Assembly (NCBI GenBank): GCA_964605525.1
Contig: CAZSCV010000001.1
Location: 82,424 to 146,423 of the forward strand
Source: an uncultured Bdellovibrionales bacterium
GTDB taxonomy: Bacteria > Patescibacteriota > Minisyncoccia > Moranbacterales > UBA9337
Direction: 5' to 3'
DNA: 64,000 nt
The notes under the pieces: model-generated
The model's input: only the letters and a program-made list of their open reading frames with translations
Told to the model about the DNA's origin: nothing
The model's database searches: none
Translations under genes and position numbers: made by a program
In this document: in pieces, positions 1-9,194 of the stretch
Numbering within the stretch: position 1 is the first letter of the stretch
How the letters are laid out: every line of letters starts with the position of its first letter

Positions 1-25
1 ATGGAAGTTTCATTTGTATTGCGAT

Positions 26-409
26 ATGAAGCGTGAGGAGATTTTGAATAAAAAAGGCTTTTATAAAATTTCGGGAGCGGAAGATTTTGCCAACTTGTCA
101 GCAAAGCTTCTGGAAGACGAAATTATATATGAGAAATACAATAATTGGGAAAAAGTGAAACATTACTTCAATAATCCACCGGAAATTGAGACCGGAATTG
201 GAGTTTCGAAAGAAACTTTTGAATTGTGGTATGCTCTCCTAGCTAATTATGCCAAAAGAAAACCGGATAGCCGTGCAATTCATATTTTTCTTTCCAAACA
301 GCCAAAGCTTGCCGAAAAGGCGGATTCTATTGTAGAATCAATAAATCGGCTTGGCGAAAACAAGCGAGCCGCAGAGATGCTGGGAAAAGTTTGGGAAGAA
401 ATAGTGTAG
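26..409 (+). CDS. hypothetical protein (ORF-track start 14 is TTG; first ATG at 26)
   Basis: 131-aa ORF with coding-like composition; no recognisable motifs. Confidence 0.35.
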   Translation: MKREEILNKKGFYKISGAEDFANLSAKLLEDEIIYEKYNNWEKVKHYFNNPPEIETGIGVSKETFELWYALLANYAKRKPDSRAIHIFLSKQPKLAEKADSIVESINRLGENKRAAEMLGKVWEEIV

Positions 410-421
410 GATATGAAAAAC

Positions 422-505
422 GCCTTGGTGGTGAAATTGGTATACACGCATGCTTCAGGTGCATGTGGCAGTGATGTCGTGCGAGTTCGAGTCTCGCCCA
501 AGGCA
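422..505 (+). tRNA. tRNA-Leu (anticodon CAG)
   Basis: Acceptor GCCTTGG/CCAAGGC plus discriminator A; anticodon stem CATGC/GCATG with loop TTCAGGT; long variable arm; T-arm GAGTTCGAGTCTC. Confidence 0.8.
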
Positions 506-529
506 CATAATTTTCAAAGATAGAAAGAT

Positions 530-823
530 ATGCAGATTAAAATCGATTCAATCAAAGAAAATCCGGTTAATATTCTCCGAAGAATGGGATATTCTTTTCA
601 GAGGCATGAAGGAGATCAAATGAGTTTTGTGCGTCCTTTGGCGCGGGCAGGCTTTCCGAGGTTTCATATTTATGCTAAAGTTGAAAACAGTGATTTGATT
701 ATCAATATTCATCTTGATCAGAAAAAAGAAACTTACGGACAAGACACGAGGCATCACGGGGAATACGATTTAAATAGCCGGGCATTGCAAGATGAAATGG
801 ATAGGATAAAAAGTATAATTTAA
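530..823 (+). CDS. hypothetical protein located between two tRNA-Leu genes
   Basis: 97-aa ORF, weak RBS, no motif. Confidence 0.3.
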   Translation: MQIKIDSIKENPVNILRRMGYSFQRHEGDQMSFVRPLARAGFPRFHIYAKVENSDLIINIHLDQKKETYGQDTRHHGEYDLNSRALQDEMDRIKSII

Positions 824-829
824 AAATAT

Positions 830-912
830 GCCTGGGTGGTGAAATTGGTATACACGTTAGTCTTAGGAACTAATGGGTTTATCCCGTGGAGGTTCGAGTC
901 CTCTCCCAGGCA
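830..912 (+). tRNA. tRNA-Leu (anticodon TAG)
   Basis: Acceptor GCCTGGG/CCCAGGC plus A; anticodon stem TTAGT/ACTAA with loop CTTAGGA; long variable arm; T-arm GGTTCGAGTCC. Confidence 0.8.
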
Positions 913-1050
913 CGTAAGAGTCCTTGCCCCTTTATCCCGCAGGGATTTTACGGGGTCTCCCGTGGCACCACGTAAAATAAAAATAGGAATTTTTATCACG
1001 TGGGCGTAGCCACGTAAAATCGCTACGCTTATACGTGGCACAGCCACAGA

Positions 1051-1080
1051 AAAAATCGAGTCTAAGCTCGATTTTTTTTG
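1051..1080. terminator. Rho-independent terminator hairpin flanked by A-run and T-run (bidirectional)
   Basis: aaaaaATCGAGtctaagCTCGATttttttt. Confidence 0.55.
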
Positions 1081-1098
1081 TGTTTCGTAGGGAATAAC

Positions 1099-1596
1099 TT
1101 ATATCAAAAATTTTTTCTTGTTTTCACTTAAGTTGGTGAAATCATCAGCTTTTTCAATAAGCTTGTTGCTGGTTGATTCAGCAAAGGCAATTACTTCCAC
1201 TCTGCATCCGGTAGTGCTTTGGATATATTCCATCATTGGGATATAATCCCCATCTCCACTAACCAAAACAATAACGTCCAAACTTTTTGACATCTTAATG
1301 GCATCAACTGCAATGCCCACATCCCAATCACCTTTCTTGGCACCGCCGGGAAATATCTGCAAATCTTTTGTTTTTACTTCAAAGCCGGAGGTTTTCAATG
1401 CATCAAGGAATTTTTCTTCCGAACCTTCCAGTGTGCGAATGCCATAAGCCATTGCGCGGATCAATTTTCTTCCGGCAGTCGCCTCTTCAAGAATTTTTTT
1501 GAAATTTACTTTTTTATTGTGAAGCACGCGGGCGCTGTAATACATATTCTGAATATCAATCAGAATGCCCACACGCTGTTCTTTGAATTTTGACAT
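1099..1596 (-). CDS. NYN/LabA-like (PIN-related) domain protein
   Basis: N-terminal VGILIDIQNMYY and central VLVSGDGDY resemble the NYN/DUF88 fold. Confidence 0.6.
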   Translation of the reverse strand: MSKFKEQRVGILIDIQNMYYSARVLHNKKVNFKKILEEATAGRKLIRAMAYGIRTLEGSEEKFLDALKTSGFEVKTKDLQIFPGGAKKGDWDVGIAVDAIKMSKSLDVIVLVSGDGDYIPMMEYIQSTTGCRVEVIAFAESTSNKLIEKADDFTNLSENKKKFLI

Positions 1597-1644
1597 ATTT
1601 TTGTTGTGTTATACAAAAGCCAGACAAGCTGGCTTTTGTTAGGT

Positions 1645-1914
1645 TTATCCTTTTAAACCAAGTTTCTTTATGATTTTTTTGTAGGCTTTTTCGTCAGTTT
1701 TTAATAAATAGGCCATCAATCTTCTTCTTTTTGAAACCATCTGCAAGAGTCCTCTTCGGGAATGAAAATCCTTCTTGTTTTTTTTGAGGTGGTTGGTAAG
1801 TTTTTTGATAGATTCAGTAAAAAGTGCGATCTGAAATTCAGGAGATCCAGTGTCTTTGTCGTGTCTTTTTACTTCCTTGGTTACTTTTTGCTTCTGCTTG
1901 GGCGTAAGTGCCAT
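1645..1914 (-). CDS. rpsO: 30S ribosomal protein S15
   Basis: [49 protein letters not shown] is the S15 signature; start taken at the internal Met MALTPKQ (ORF track extends to 1935). Confidence 0.9.
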   Translation of the reverse strand: MALTPKQKQKVTKEVKRHDKDTGSPEFQIALFTESIKKLTNHLKKNKKDFHSRRGLLQMVSKRRRLMAYLLKTDEKAYKKIIKKLGLKG

Positions 1915-2049
1915 AGTCTTTTTTCGGCTCAACAATCGTTCCGGTTCCGTTTTTTTCAGGCGGAGCGCAAACCATTGTCAGCTAATTAGAATTATTTAAC
2001 TAAATCAACCATAACATCGAATTTTAATTTTGGCAAGAGTTGTCACGAA

Positions 2050-2080
2050 AAAAGCAGACCACATAGTCTGCTTTTTTTAT
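2050..2080. terminator. Rho-independent terminator hairpin (GCAGAC cacata GTCTGC plus T7)
   Basis: aaaaaGCAGACcacataGTCTGCttttttt, downstream of minus-strand gyrA. Confidence 0.55.
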
Positions 2081-2082
2081 TT

Positions 2083-4587
2083 TTATATCACTGCACTGGC
2101 GACGACCTTGTCTCCTGATTTGAGGCGCATAATGCGGACTCCTTGAGTGGCACGACCGAGGACAGAGATACTGGTGAGGGGGATACGGATTATTTGTCCT
2201 TGAGATGAGGTAATAATCAAGTCGCTGTCAGCTATATCATCAACATTGACAATACTGGAACCGGTTAATTTTCCAGTCTTGGATGTTGTTTTGGCGGTTT
2301 TAATGCCCGATCCTCCACGTTTTTGAATTTTGTATGATTTTAGATCGCTGCGTTTTCCAAATCCGTTTTCGGAAAAAACCATCAGTTGATTTCCCTTTTG
2401 ACCCTTAAGAACAGCGCCCATTCCGATTGCATAATCCCCGGAGCGCAATTTGATTCCGCGCACTCCAGCGGCGGCGCGTCCCATGGCGCGAACATCTGTT
2501 TCCTTAAATCGGATAGCTTGTCCATTGGCGGTTGATATCACAATTTCATCTGTTCCGGTTGTCGGTTTTACCCAGCTTAATTTGTCATCTTTATCCAGAT
2601 TGATGGCGATTAATCCGCTGCGTCTGACATTGTCGAAATCTTCAATCTTTACTTTTTTAACCACACCTTTTTCTGTTGCCATAAAAAAGTATTTGTAGTT
2701 GTCGTTTTTGTTATAAGCAATCATTTCAGTGATTTTTTCTTCTTGGGAAAGTTGCAGGAAATTGACGATGGCTTGTCCTTTGGCAGTGCGGGAAGACTCC
2801 GGAATTTCATATGCCTTAGTCTGGAAAACTTTTCCGCTATTGGTGAAAAACATCAAATCATCATGAGTCATTACGGCATTAACACTGTCAATCACATCTC
2901 CTTCACGATTGGTCGCGCCGATAACTCCTTTACCTCCGCGTTTTTGAACGCGGTAAACAGTCGGACTCATACGCTTAATGTAGCCATCTTGCGAAACAGT
3001 AATGATCGCTTCTTCATCGGCAATTAAGTCTTCTTGCTTGAATTCTCCAATCCCTCCTTTGATGACTTTGGTTTTTCGTTCATCGCCGAATTTTTCCGTT
3101 AAATCAACTAGTTCCTTTTTAACAATAGCCAAAATTTTGATTTTACTGCCCAGGATTGATTCCAGCTCAGCAATTATTTTTTTGATTTCTTTCAGCTCAT
3201 CTTCGATTTTCTTTCTTTCAAGTCCTGCCAGAGTTTGTAGTCTCATTTCCAAAATGGCAGTAGCCTGAATGGCGGAAAATTTGAATTTTTTCATCAAGGC
3301 TTGATGGGCAATCTCTTTGGTTGAGGATTTTTTGATAGTTTCAATAACAGCATCAATATTGTCCAGGGCTTTTTTGAGTCCTTCCAAAATATGCGCTCGT
3401 TCTTTGGCTTTGCGCAAATCAAATTGGGTGCGACGGGTGACAATTTCCTGTCTGTGCTTGATATATTCTTCAAGAATTGATTTGAGAGTGAGAATTCTTG
3501 GTTCAATTCCGTCTACCAATGCCAACATATTGACATTGAAGTTTTTTTGCAAATCTGTCATTGAGTACAGTTTGTTGAGAACTTTCTGCGGAAAAGCGTC
3601 TTTTTTGAGGTCAACTACTATGCGAACTCCGTCTTTATCTGATTCATCTCGTAAATCTCTGATTCCTTGAATTTTTCCCTCCTTAACCAAATCGGCAATT
3701 TTGGTAATCAGAACCGATTTGTTGGTGGCATAAGTAATTTCAGTGACGATTATTTGGAAAGTTCCAGCCTTGGATTCAATGATAGACGCTTTGGCGCGGG
3801 TGATAATTTTTCCTTTTCCAGTGGAATAGGCTTCGCGGACATCCCTGGCGTTGTAAATGATTCCTCCGGTTGGAAAATCCGGACCTTTGACAAATTGCAT
3901 CAGTGCGTCAACATCGGCGTTCGGATCGTCAATCAAATGGCAAATGGCGCCTGACAATTCATGAAGATTGTGCGGGGGAATATTGGTTGCCATACCGACA
4001 GCAATTCCCATTGTTCCATTAAGGAGAAGTTGCGGGAGTTTAGCAGGAAGAACGGTTGGCTCTTGATGTGTTCCATCGAAATTGGGAATGAAGTTTACGG
4101 TTTCTTTTTCAATATCAAAAAGCATTTCTTCGGCAATGTGGGACAATTTGGCTTCAGTATAACGATAAGCGGCTGCTCCATCTCCGTCCATTGAGCCGAA
4201 GTTTCCTTGTCCCCAAACGAGAGGATAACGAAGGGAAAAATCTTGCGCCATTCGCACCATTGAGTCATACACCGCAGTGTCTCCGTGAGGATGATATTTT
4301 CCCAGCACTTCTCCGACGACTGTGGCAGATTTGCGGAATTTGGCGCTTGGCCTGAGTCCGGTTTTCCACATAGAATAGAGAATTCGGCGATGTACCGGTT
4401 TCATTCCGTCGCGAACATCCGGCAGGGCGCGGGAAACAATAACGCTCATCGCATAATCCAAATAGGATTGTTGAACCTCATCGGTTATTGCTCGATCGCG
4501 GATATTTTCCTTAAATTCCTCCTGTGCGGCAGGATTTTCCAGTGTATTTTTCATGGGATTGTATATAAAATAATGATTATTTTGCAA
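2083..4587 (-). CDS. gyrA: DNA gyrase subunit A
   Basis: 834 aa; [34 protein letters not shown], catalytic Tyr region, C-terminal beta-pinwheel repeats (QRGGKG). Confidence 0.95.
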   Translation of the reverse strand: MQNNHYFIYNPMKNTLENPAAQEEFKENIRDRAITDEVQQSYLDYAMSVIVSRALPDVRDGMKPVHRRILYSMWKTGLRPSAKFRKSATVVGEVLGKYHPHGDTAVYDSMVRMAQDFSLRYPLVWGQGNFGSMDGDGAAAYRYTEAKLSHIAEEMLFDIEKETVNFIPNFDGTHQEPTVLPAKLPQLLLNGTMGIAVGMATNIPPHNLHELSGAICHLIDDPNADVDALMQFVKGPDFPTGGIIYNARDVREAYSTGKGKIITRAKASIIESKAGTFQIIVTEITYATNKSVLITKIADLVKEGKIQGIRDLRDESDKDGVRIVVDLKKDAFPQKVLNKLYSMTDLQKNFNVNMLALVDGIEPRILTLKSILEEYIKHRQEIVTRRTQFDLRKAKERAHILEGLKKALDNIDAVIETIKKSSTKEIAHQALMKKFKFSAIQATAILEMRLQTLAGLERKKIEDELKEIKKIIAELESILGSKIKILAIVKKELVDLTEKFGDERKTKVIKGGIGEFKQEDLIADEEAIITVSQDGYIKRMSPTVYRVQKRGGKGVIGATNREGDVIDSVNAVMTHDDLMFFTNSGKVFQTKAYEIPESSRTAKGQAIVNFLQLSQEEKITEMIAYNKNDNYKYFFMATEKGVVKKVKIEDFDNVRRSGLIAINLDKDDKLSWVKPTTGTDEIVISTANGQAIRFKETDVRAMGRAAAGVRGIKLRSGDYAIGMGAVLKGQKGNQLMVFSENGFGKRSDLKSYKIQKRGGSGIKTAKTTSKTGKLTGSSIVNVDDIADSDLIITSSQGQIIRIPLTSISVLGRATQGVRIMRLKSGDKVVASAVI

Positions 4588-4684
4588 AATTTGCTTTGCG
4601 GTATTCTTTGGGGTGAGGGATTTTAAAAAATCCTATTTCCAAACCAAAAAAGATTGGTCGGTGAAAAATTTTGTGAATTTTTTT

Positions 4685-4954
4685 TTATTCCCCTTGCATT
4701 AATTCGGTGGATTTTTGAAAAGAATTGCCAATAGAATCTTTGGTGTCGGAAAATTCTTCCCTGATTTGATTGGTAATTCCGGGTTGCGGTGAAGATTCTT
4801 GTTTGAATGCAGACAGATTTTCTTTCATAGAAAAGGTCCACAAAAATAATACAAAAAACATTGAAACAGCCAAGACTGCCCAAAAATAACGTACCCGGAT
4901 ATGTTCCGGTTTTTGGCGGATTTCTTCGATTTTTCTGGATATATCCATAGCCAT
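4685..4954 (-). CDS. hypothetical small membrane protein
   Basis: 89 aa with one hydrophobic helix (FWAVLAVSMFFVLFLW). Confidence 0.35.
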   Translation of the reverse strand: MAMDISRKIEEIRQKPEHIRVRYFWAVLAVSMFFVLFLWTFSMKENLSAFKQESSPQPGITNQIREEFSDTKDSIGNSFQKSTELMQGE

Positions 4955-4968
4955 GGTGAATTTATGAA

Positions 4969-5628
4969 TTATTCAATGTCCATCAATACTATTTCCAAAT
5001 TTTTTTCTTCCAAATCTTTCTTTTTGAGGGTAATTTTATTGACTTTATCTTTCGGGCAATTTCCCATTTCTGAGCAAAATGTTTTTTCATCAGAAAGATC
5101 CGCATTTGAACCTTTGATTTTGTAATGCATAGGAATAATCATTTTCGGTTCTATCTTGCGGGCAATTTCAGCGGCTTTTTTGCCATCGATCGTGTATTTT
5201 CCTCCAACGGGAATAAAAAGGATATCCAGTTCGCCGATTTTTGAAAGTTGCTCGGATGTCAAATCGGTTCCCAAATCCCCCAAATGGCAAAGGCGAAGTT
5301 CTTCTGTTTCAATGACGAAAACTGTATTTTTTCCTCTCTCTGCGCCTTCTTTGTCATCATGAAAAGTTTCAAATCCGATTACATTCATTCCTTTTACGGC
5401 AAATTCTCCCGCTGTTTCGAGAATAGTCGGATCGCCTTTAAGAATGCTTGCGTTGTTGTGGTCGCGGTGCTGATGGGAAACAAAGACGACATTGGCTTGT
5501 CCGAAAGGAGGTTTGAGTCCGACCGATTTGTTGAAAGGATCGAAGAAAAAAACCACATCTTCAGTAGCCCGTCCAGCCGGTTTGGTGGTTATTTTAAAAC
5601 AAGAATGCCCGTAGTATTGAATGTTCAT
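4969..5628 (-). CDS. MBL-fold metallo-hydrolase
   Basis: VSHQHRDHNN (HxHxDH metallo-beta-lactamase motif); 219 aa. Confidence 0.7.
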   Translation of the reverse strand: MNIQYYGHSCFKITTKPAGRATEDVVFFFDPFNKSVGLKPPFGQANVVFVSHQHRDHNNASILKGDPTILETAGEFAVKGMNVIGFETFHDDKEGAERGKNTVFVIETEELRLCHLGDLGTDLTSEQLSKIGELDILFIPVGGKYTIDGKKAAEIARKIEPKMIIPMHYKIKGSNADLSDEKTFCSEMGNCPKDKVNKITLKKKDLEEKNLEIVLMDIE

Positions 5629-5751
5629 TGATTTTATATTATAAGATATTTTTATTATTTCTATTACAGTTTAGCACTCAAAAAGGGTTTTGTCGAGGTT
5701 TGATAATATAGTCTATAAAATAGCAATTTGACAAAAACGGTAGTATTTTTG

Positions 5752-6492
5752 TTAATCAACTCGTTTTAATTCATCTTTGAGAAATAAGAGCGTTTCGTTT
5801 TTGATAATTTTTCGGATTTTATGAAATTTTTCAATTGGCAAAAGCATATTGATGTCTTGGTCGATTATTTCTTGAGTGACGTTTTTTTTAATAAAGTCTA
5901 TAAGTTTTTCAAAAAATAATCCTAGATTTTTTTCATTTCTTCTTTCTTCGATTACTTTGCGTTCGTATTCATATCCGTTTGAAAAGAAAAAATGTACATC
6001 ATAAACATCTCGTCCGGCAATGGAACCATTATTTTCAAATCTCTCAATCAAGGCTACCAGCTTATTGGCGAACATTGTTTCGATGGTTTGGCAATTTATA
6101 ATTCTGTCAATTTCAACAAGTCTTGCCGGCTCATACTCGTTGCTTTTCGGAGGCGGAAAGTTCATATCGATTTTGAGTGTATTTCTTTTGCCGGCAGGTG
6201 CATCATATCTGAGGAAATATTGTGGAATTTTTTGACTTTTATCCTTTATTTCCAAGCCAATTTCGTCGAAAATCTTTTCCATTTCTTTTTGCGCACTTTG
6301 CAATTCATTTTTGTTTCCGACAAAATCAAAATCCAAATCAACCGAAAAACGATCTAAAAATCCGCGCATTGCGGCGCAAGTTCCTCCTTTGAAGCAGAGT
6401 TTTCCGGATAATTTTTCATTGTCGCAAATAGCGGTGAGTGTGCGATAGAGCCATGCTCTGTGAGGCGCATCTTTTTTGTCAGGTAAAATCAT
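5752..6492 (-). CDS. abiEii: nucleotidyltransferase AbiEii/AbiGii toxin family protein
   Basis: LCFKGGTCAAMRGFLDRFSVDLDFDF matches the AbiEii/DUF1814 N-terminal signature; overlaps the upstream gene by 4 nt. Confidence 0.7.
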   Translation of the reverse strand: MILPDKKDAPHRAWLYRTLTAICDNEKLSGKLCFKGGTCAAMRGFLDRFSVDLDFDFVGNKNELQSAQKEMEKIFDEIGLEIKDKSQKIPQYFLRYDAPAGKRNTLKIDMNFPPPKSNEYEPARLVEIDRIINCQTIETMFANKLVALIERFENNGSIAGRDVYDVHFFFSNGYEYERKVIEERRNEKNLGLFFEKLIDFIKKNVTQEIIDQDINMLLPIEKFHKIRKIIKNETLLFLKDELKRVD

Positions 6493-7079
6493 ATTTTTTT
6501 ATTTGTTAATCTTTTAATTGTTGGATAGCCGATTTTTTTTTGGATTTCGTTTACTTTTTTCCAGTTGATGAAATTTGCTCCATCAAGATGGGCTTTCGGA
6601 TTGAAATATAAAAGATCAGCCACGGCGCGCTCCAGAGTTGCTATCATTATTCCATCTTTTTTGATTATTTCACAGTCGTTGTATAGGTAGTTTTCATTTA
6701 ATTGGCGGCTTTTGTAGTTATTTTCGCCTATGGAAAATTTGAGGGATTTTGAGCTTACAAAGGTAATGTAGTTCATTTTTTGCTGAATTATTCCCTCTTG
6801 TACCAGAATGGTTTCCGTACTTACATATGAATAGCTGTGGAGGGCTTTTTGTCCGAGTAAAAAAGCATCAATTTTGTTGACAGGTTTTATTGCATAGAAT
6901 CCTCGATATACACGGAAAAGTAGCCCCTGTTGAACATATCTTTTCAATGTTGTGTGAAGGGTGTTGGAATTTGATATTTGCCACAGATTAGCCAAATCAT
7001 CAATATGAAAAACAATTTCCCCTAACAAAGCCAATCTTGCAAATCGATGTTGAGTTATGTTTGTTTTTCCTGTACTCAT
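6489..7079 (-). CDS. abiEi: AbiEi antitoxin-like transcriptional regulator (type IV TA / abortive infection)
   Basis: Upstream partner of AbiEii in a 4-nt-overlap bicistron; N-terminal wHTH-like region; start taken at MSTGKTNIT (ORF track extends to 7145). Confidence 0.6.
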   Translation of the reverse strand: MSTGKTNITQHRFARLALLGEIVFHIDDLANLWQISNSNTLHTTLKRYVQQGLLFRVYRGFYAIKPVNKIDAFLLGQKALHSYSYVSTETILVQEGIIQQKMNYITFVSSKSLKFSIGENNYKSRQLNENYLYNDCEIIKKDGIMIATLERAVADLLYFNPKAHLDGANFINWKKVNEIQKKIGYPTIKRLTNKKI

Positions 7080-7118
7080 ATGTACAGTATAGCACAACGT
7101 AATGTTTGTGTCAATAAT

Positions 7119-7166
7119 AAAAAACCGGCTGGTGAAATTAATCACCTAGCCGGCACCTCTTTTTTC
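7119..7166. terminator. Rho-independent terminator, 11-bp stem hairpin plus T-run on both strands
   Basis: aaaaaCCGGCTGGTGAaattaaTCACCTAGCCGGcacctctttttt. Confidence 0.55.
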
Positions 7167-7168
7167 GG

Positions 7169-7363
7169 TTAATTTCGAGAAACTTTTACAAGAAGCAAAA
7201 CAAATCCCGCAAAAGTCGCCACAAAAGATCCAATAATTATGCTCCACCCAATGATTGGATGAATATGCATAAAATGTTGGAATGCCAGGATTTCCAGCTC
7301 ATAAGTGTTCATAATAATTCCCTGTATTTTAATTGAAAGAACTTGTTCTCTATAAGATTTCAA
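7169..7363 (-). CDS. small membrane protein (possibly starts at the internal MNTYEL)
   Basis: C-terminal TM helix; immediately followed by a terminator hairpin. Confidence 0.4.
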   Translation of the reverse strand: MKSYREQVLSIKIQGIIMNTYELEILAFQHFMHIHPIIGWSIIIGSFVATFAGFVLLLVKVSRN

Positions 7364-7463
7364 AAAATTAAAATCTTAATTGAGAGGGCAAGGAAAGCGC
7401 GATGGCTCCCTTGCCCGGGAGAAGTGTTTTTTAACCGGAACGCTTCAAAAAACCATGAGAGAG

Positions 7464-7892
7464 CTAGGATGAACAATGATTCTTTAGGTGTTGCAGTGTT
7501 GATAGACTATTTTTACAACAGCACCTTTCTTTAAGTTCCCAACCATGCACAATGGCAGTCGTAGTTTTCTCGAGCACGTTGCAATTGCAGTATATGCAGT
7601 TGAATATGCAGCTTTCCTTAGGCTCTCTGTCCTGAAGTGTTATCAGTATTGAAAACATCATAGATTTTTGCTCTTTTGAAGGCTCTAAACGTGGATACTG
7701 CCTTGGTATAGAACAAAGCGCAGTGTGAATGTTTTCCGTAATATAAAATGCGTGGGCAAAGTGACTTTCATCACCCTTTGAGTACCTTGAAATTTGATCT
7801 TTTAAGGTCTCGACGATATTTTCTTGCCATTTTTTCATTTCAGTTATTGTCATTTCTTTCATGGCATTTCTCCTTTTGAAGTTGTTTCCCAA
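7464..7892 (-). CDS. hypothetical Cys-rich protein (likely start at MKEMTITEM)
   Basis: 142-aa ORF with CIFNCIYCNC and CCCKN cysteine clusters; AAGGAG RBS upstream of the internal Met. Confidence 0.4.
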   Translation of the reverse strand: MGNNFKRRNAMKEMTITEMKKWQENIVETLKDQISRYSKGDESHFAHAFYITENIHTALCSIPRQYPRLEPSKEQKSMMFSILITLQDREPKESCIFNCIYCNCNVLEKTTTAIVHGWELKERCCCKNSLSTLQHLKNHCSS

Positions 7893-8184
7893 TGTTGGGC
7901 GAAGGTTGGTGACAAAGTTTTTAAGGTACTTTTTGTTAAGATTTATGTCCTTTTGGATTTCTTATCTTAACAGCCTAGTATACACCCAAAATGGGATATT
8001 GTCAATAATTATGCCCTGTAAAAATGGTTAAATTAGTTTAAAATAAGCCAAAGTAAAGACTTGTTGTCAGATTTATTGACTTTTTGTGCGGAGTGGAATA
8101 TAATGGAAATAGGGTAATTCTTAGCTCAAACCCCTCCTCATTCCTCCCCTTGTCCAAGGGGAGGAGGAACAGAAAAACAATTTG

Positions 8185-8955
8185 ATGGAAACGGAAAAAG
8201 TATTGGAATTATTAGGATTGAACGAAAAAGAAGCCAAGGTGTACTTGGCGCTTTTGCAGATGGGAAAAGGGACGGTTCCGGCGATTGCCACGCGGGCGGG
8301 GACAAAGCGGCCGACGACTTATCTCATTTTGGATGAACTTCGCAAAAAAGATCTAGTGACTTTATTGCCTCGGAAAATAAAAGCTATTTATACCGCCAAA
8401 TCTCCGGAAGTGCTTTTGGAAGAACAAAAAGAAAAAGAAGAACTCATCGCCCAAAAAATGCCGGAGCTTTTGGCGATATATAATTCCAAGAAAGAAAAGC
8501 CAAAAGTTACGTTTTATCAAGGAAAGAAACAGATTTTGGAATTGTACAACAAAGAAATTTTCAAAAGCGAAAGGCTGGATATTTTTTGTTCAATCAAATC
8601 CATCCATCCCGAAGTTTTGAGCGGAATCTGGTGGTTTTTGGAGGTTATTGAGAAGAAAAAAATTCCGACCAGAGAAATTCTGCAAGCCGATCAAGAATCA
8701 ATTGAATATGCGAAAAAATATTCATCCGAAATTCACTTGATAAGGCTTTTGCCAAAAGAATTCAAGATACCGACGGATAATATAATTTTTCAGGATAAGT
8801 TGGCGATTTTTTCCTATAAGGATGAGCCGATGGTGGTTGTCATTCAAAGTAGCGATGTGGCCCAGACATATCGCTCAATGTTTGAAATTGTGTGGAAGAG
8901 TATTGATAATAAAACAACAACACTAATGCCAGCCGATACAACAAAAATTGCTTAA
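8185..8955 (+). CDS. TrmB-family transcriptional regulator
   Basis: N-terminal LGLNEKEAKVYLALLQMGKGTVPAIATRAG is the TrmB HTH; ORF track start 8182 is TTG followed by ATG. Confidence 0.75.
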   Translation: METEKVLELLGLNEKEAKVYLALLQMGKGTVPAIATRAGTKRPTTYLILDELRKKDLVTLLPRKIKAIYTAKSPEVLLEEQKEKEELIAQKMPELLAIYNSKKEKPKVTFYQGKKQILELYNKEIFKSERLDIFCSIKSIHPEVLSGIWWFLEVIEKKKIPTREILQADQESIEYAKKYSSEIHLIRLLPKEFKIPTDNIIFQDKLAIFSYKDEPMVVVIQSSDVAQTYRSMFEIVWKSIDNKTTTLMPADTTKIA

Positions 8956-9068
8956 AAAATGCCACTTAGAAACGGTCTTATGTAAATGGCAAATTATTTT
9001 TAAGTTGATGGGGTAGCGATTGGTTAGATTGATTAAAATCGGGGTTTGAGATAAGATTGAGATAAGAA

Positions 9069-9158
9069 TAAATTTACAATTTTCAATTTACAATTTTTCC
9101 GCCTAAGGCGGACCAGCCTTGGGCTGGCAATCAATTTCCAATGATTTAATTTTCAATT
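9069..9158. repeat. GC-rich paired-hairpin mini-element, long form (copy A)
   Basis: CCGCCtaaGGCGG plus ACCAGCCttgGGCTGG, flanked by AT-rich aatttacaattttcaattt repeats; same element occurs at 12463-12550, 53490-53575 and 53765-53840. Confidence 0.7.
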
Positions 9159-9194
9159 GGGAAATGATTCGGGGTTGTGATTTTATAGAAGTTT

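Noticed and set aside
2450-4626. Multiple + strand ORFs (82-117 aa) inside gyrA
   Set aside because: They are antisense to a highly conserved essential gene and have no RBS or motifs. These are typical frame artefacts.
8120-8165. CT/GA-rich hairpin (CCTCCCCttgtccaaGGGGAGG) upstream of the TrmB regulator as a repeat-family member
   Set aside because: It does not share the CCGCC/CCAGCC paired-hairpin architecture. It may be an operator or RBS-proximal structure, and there is too little evidence to call.
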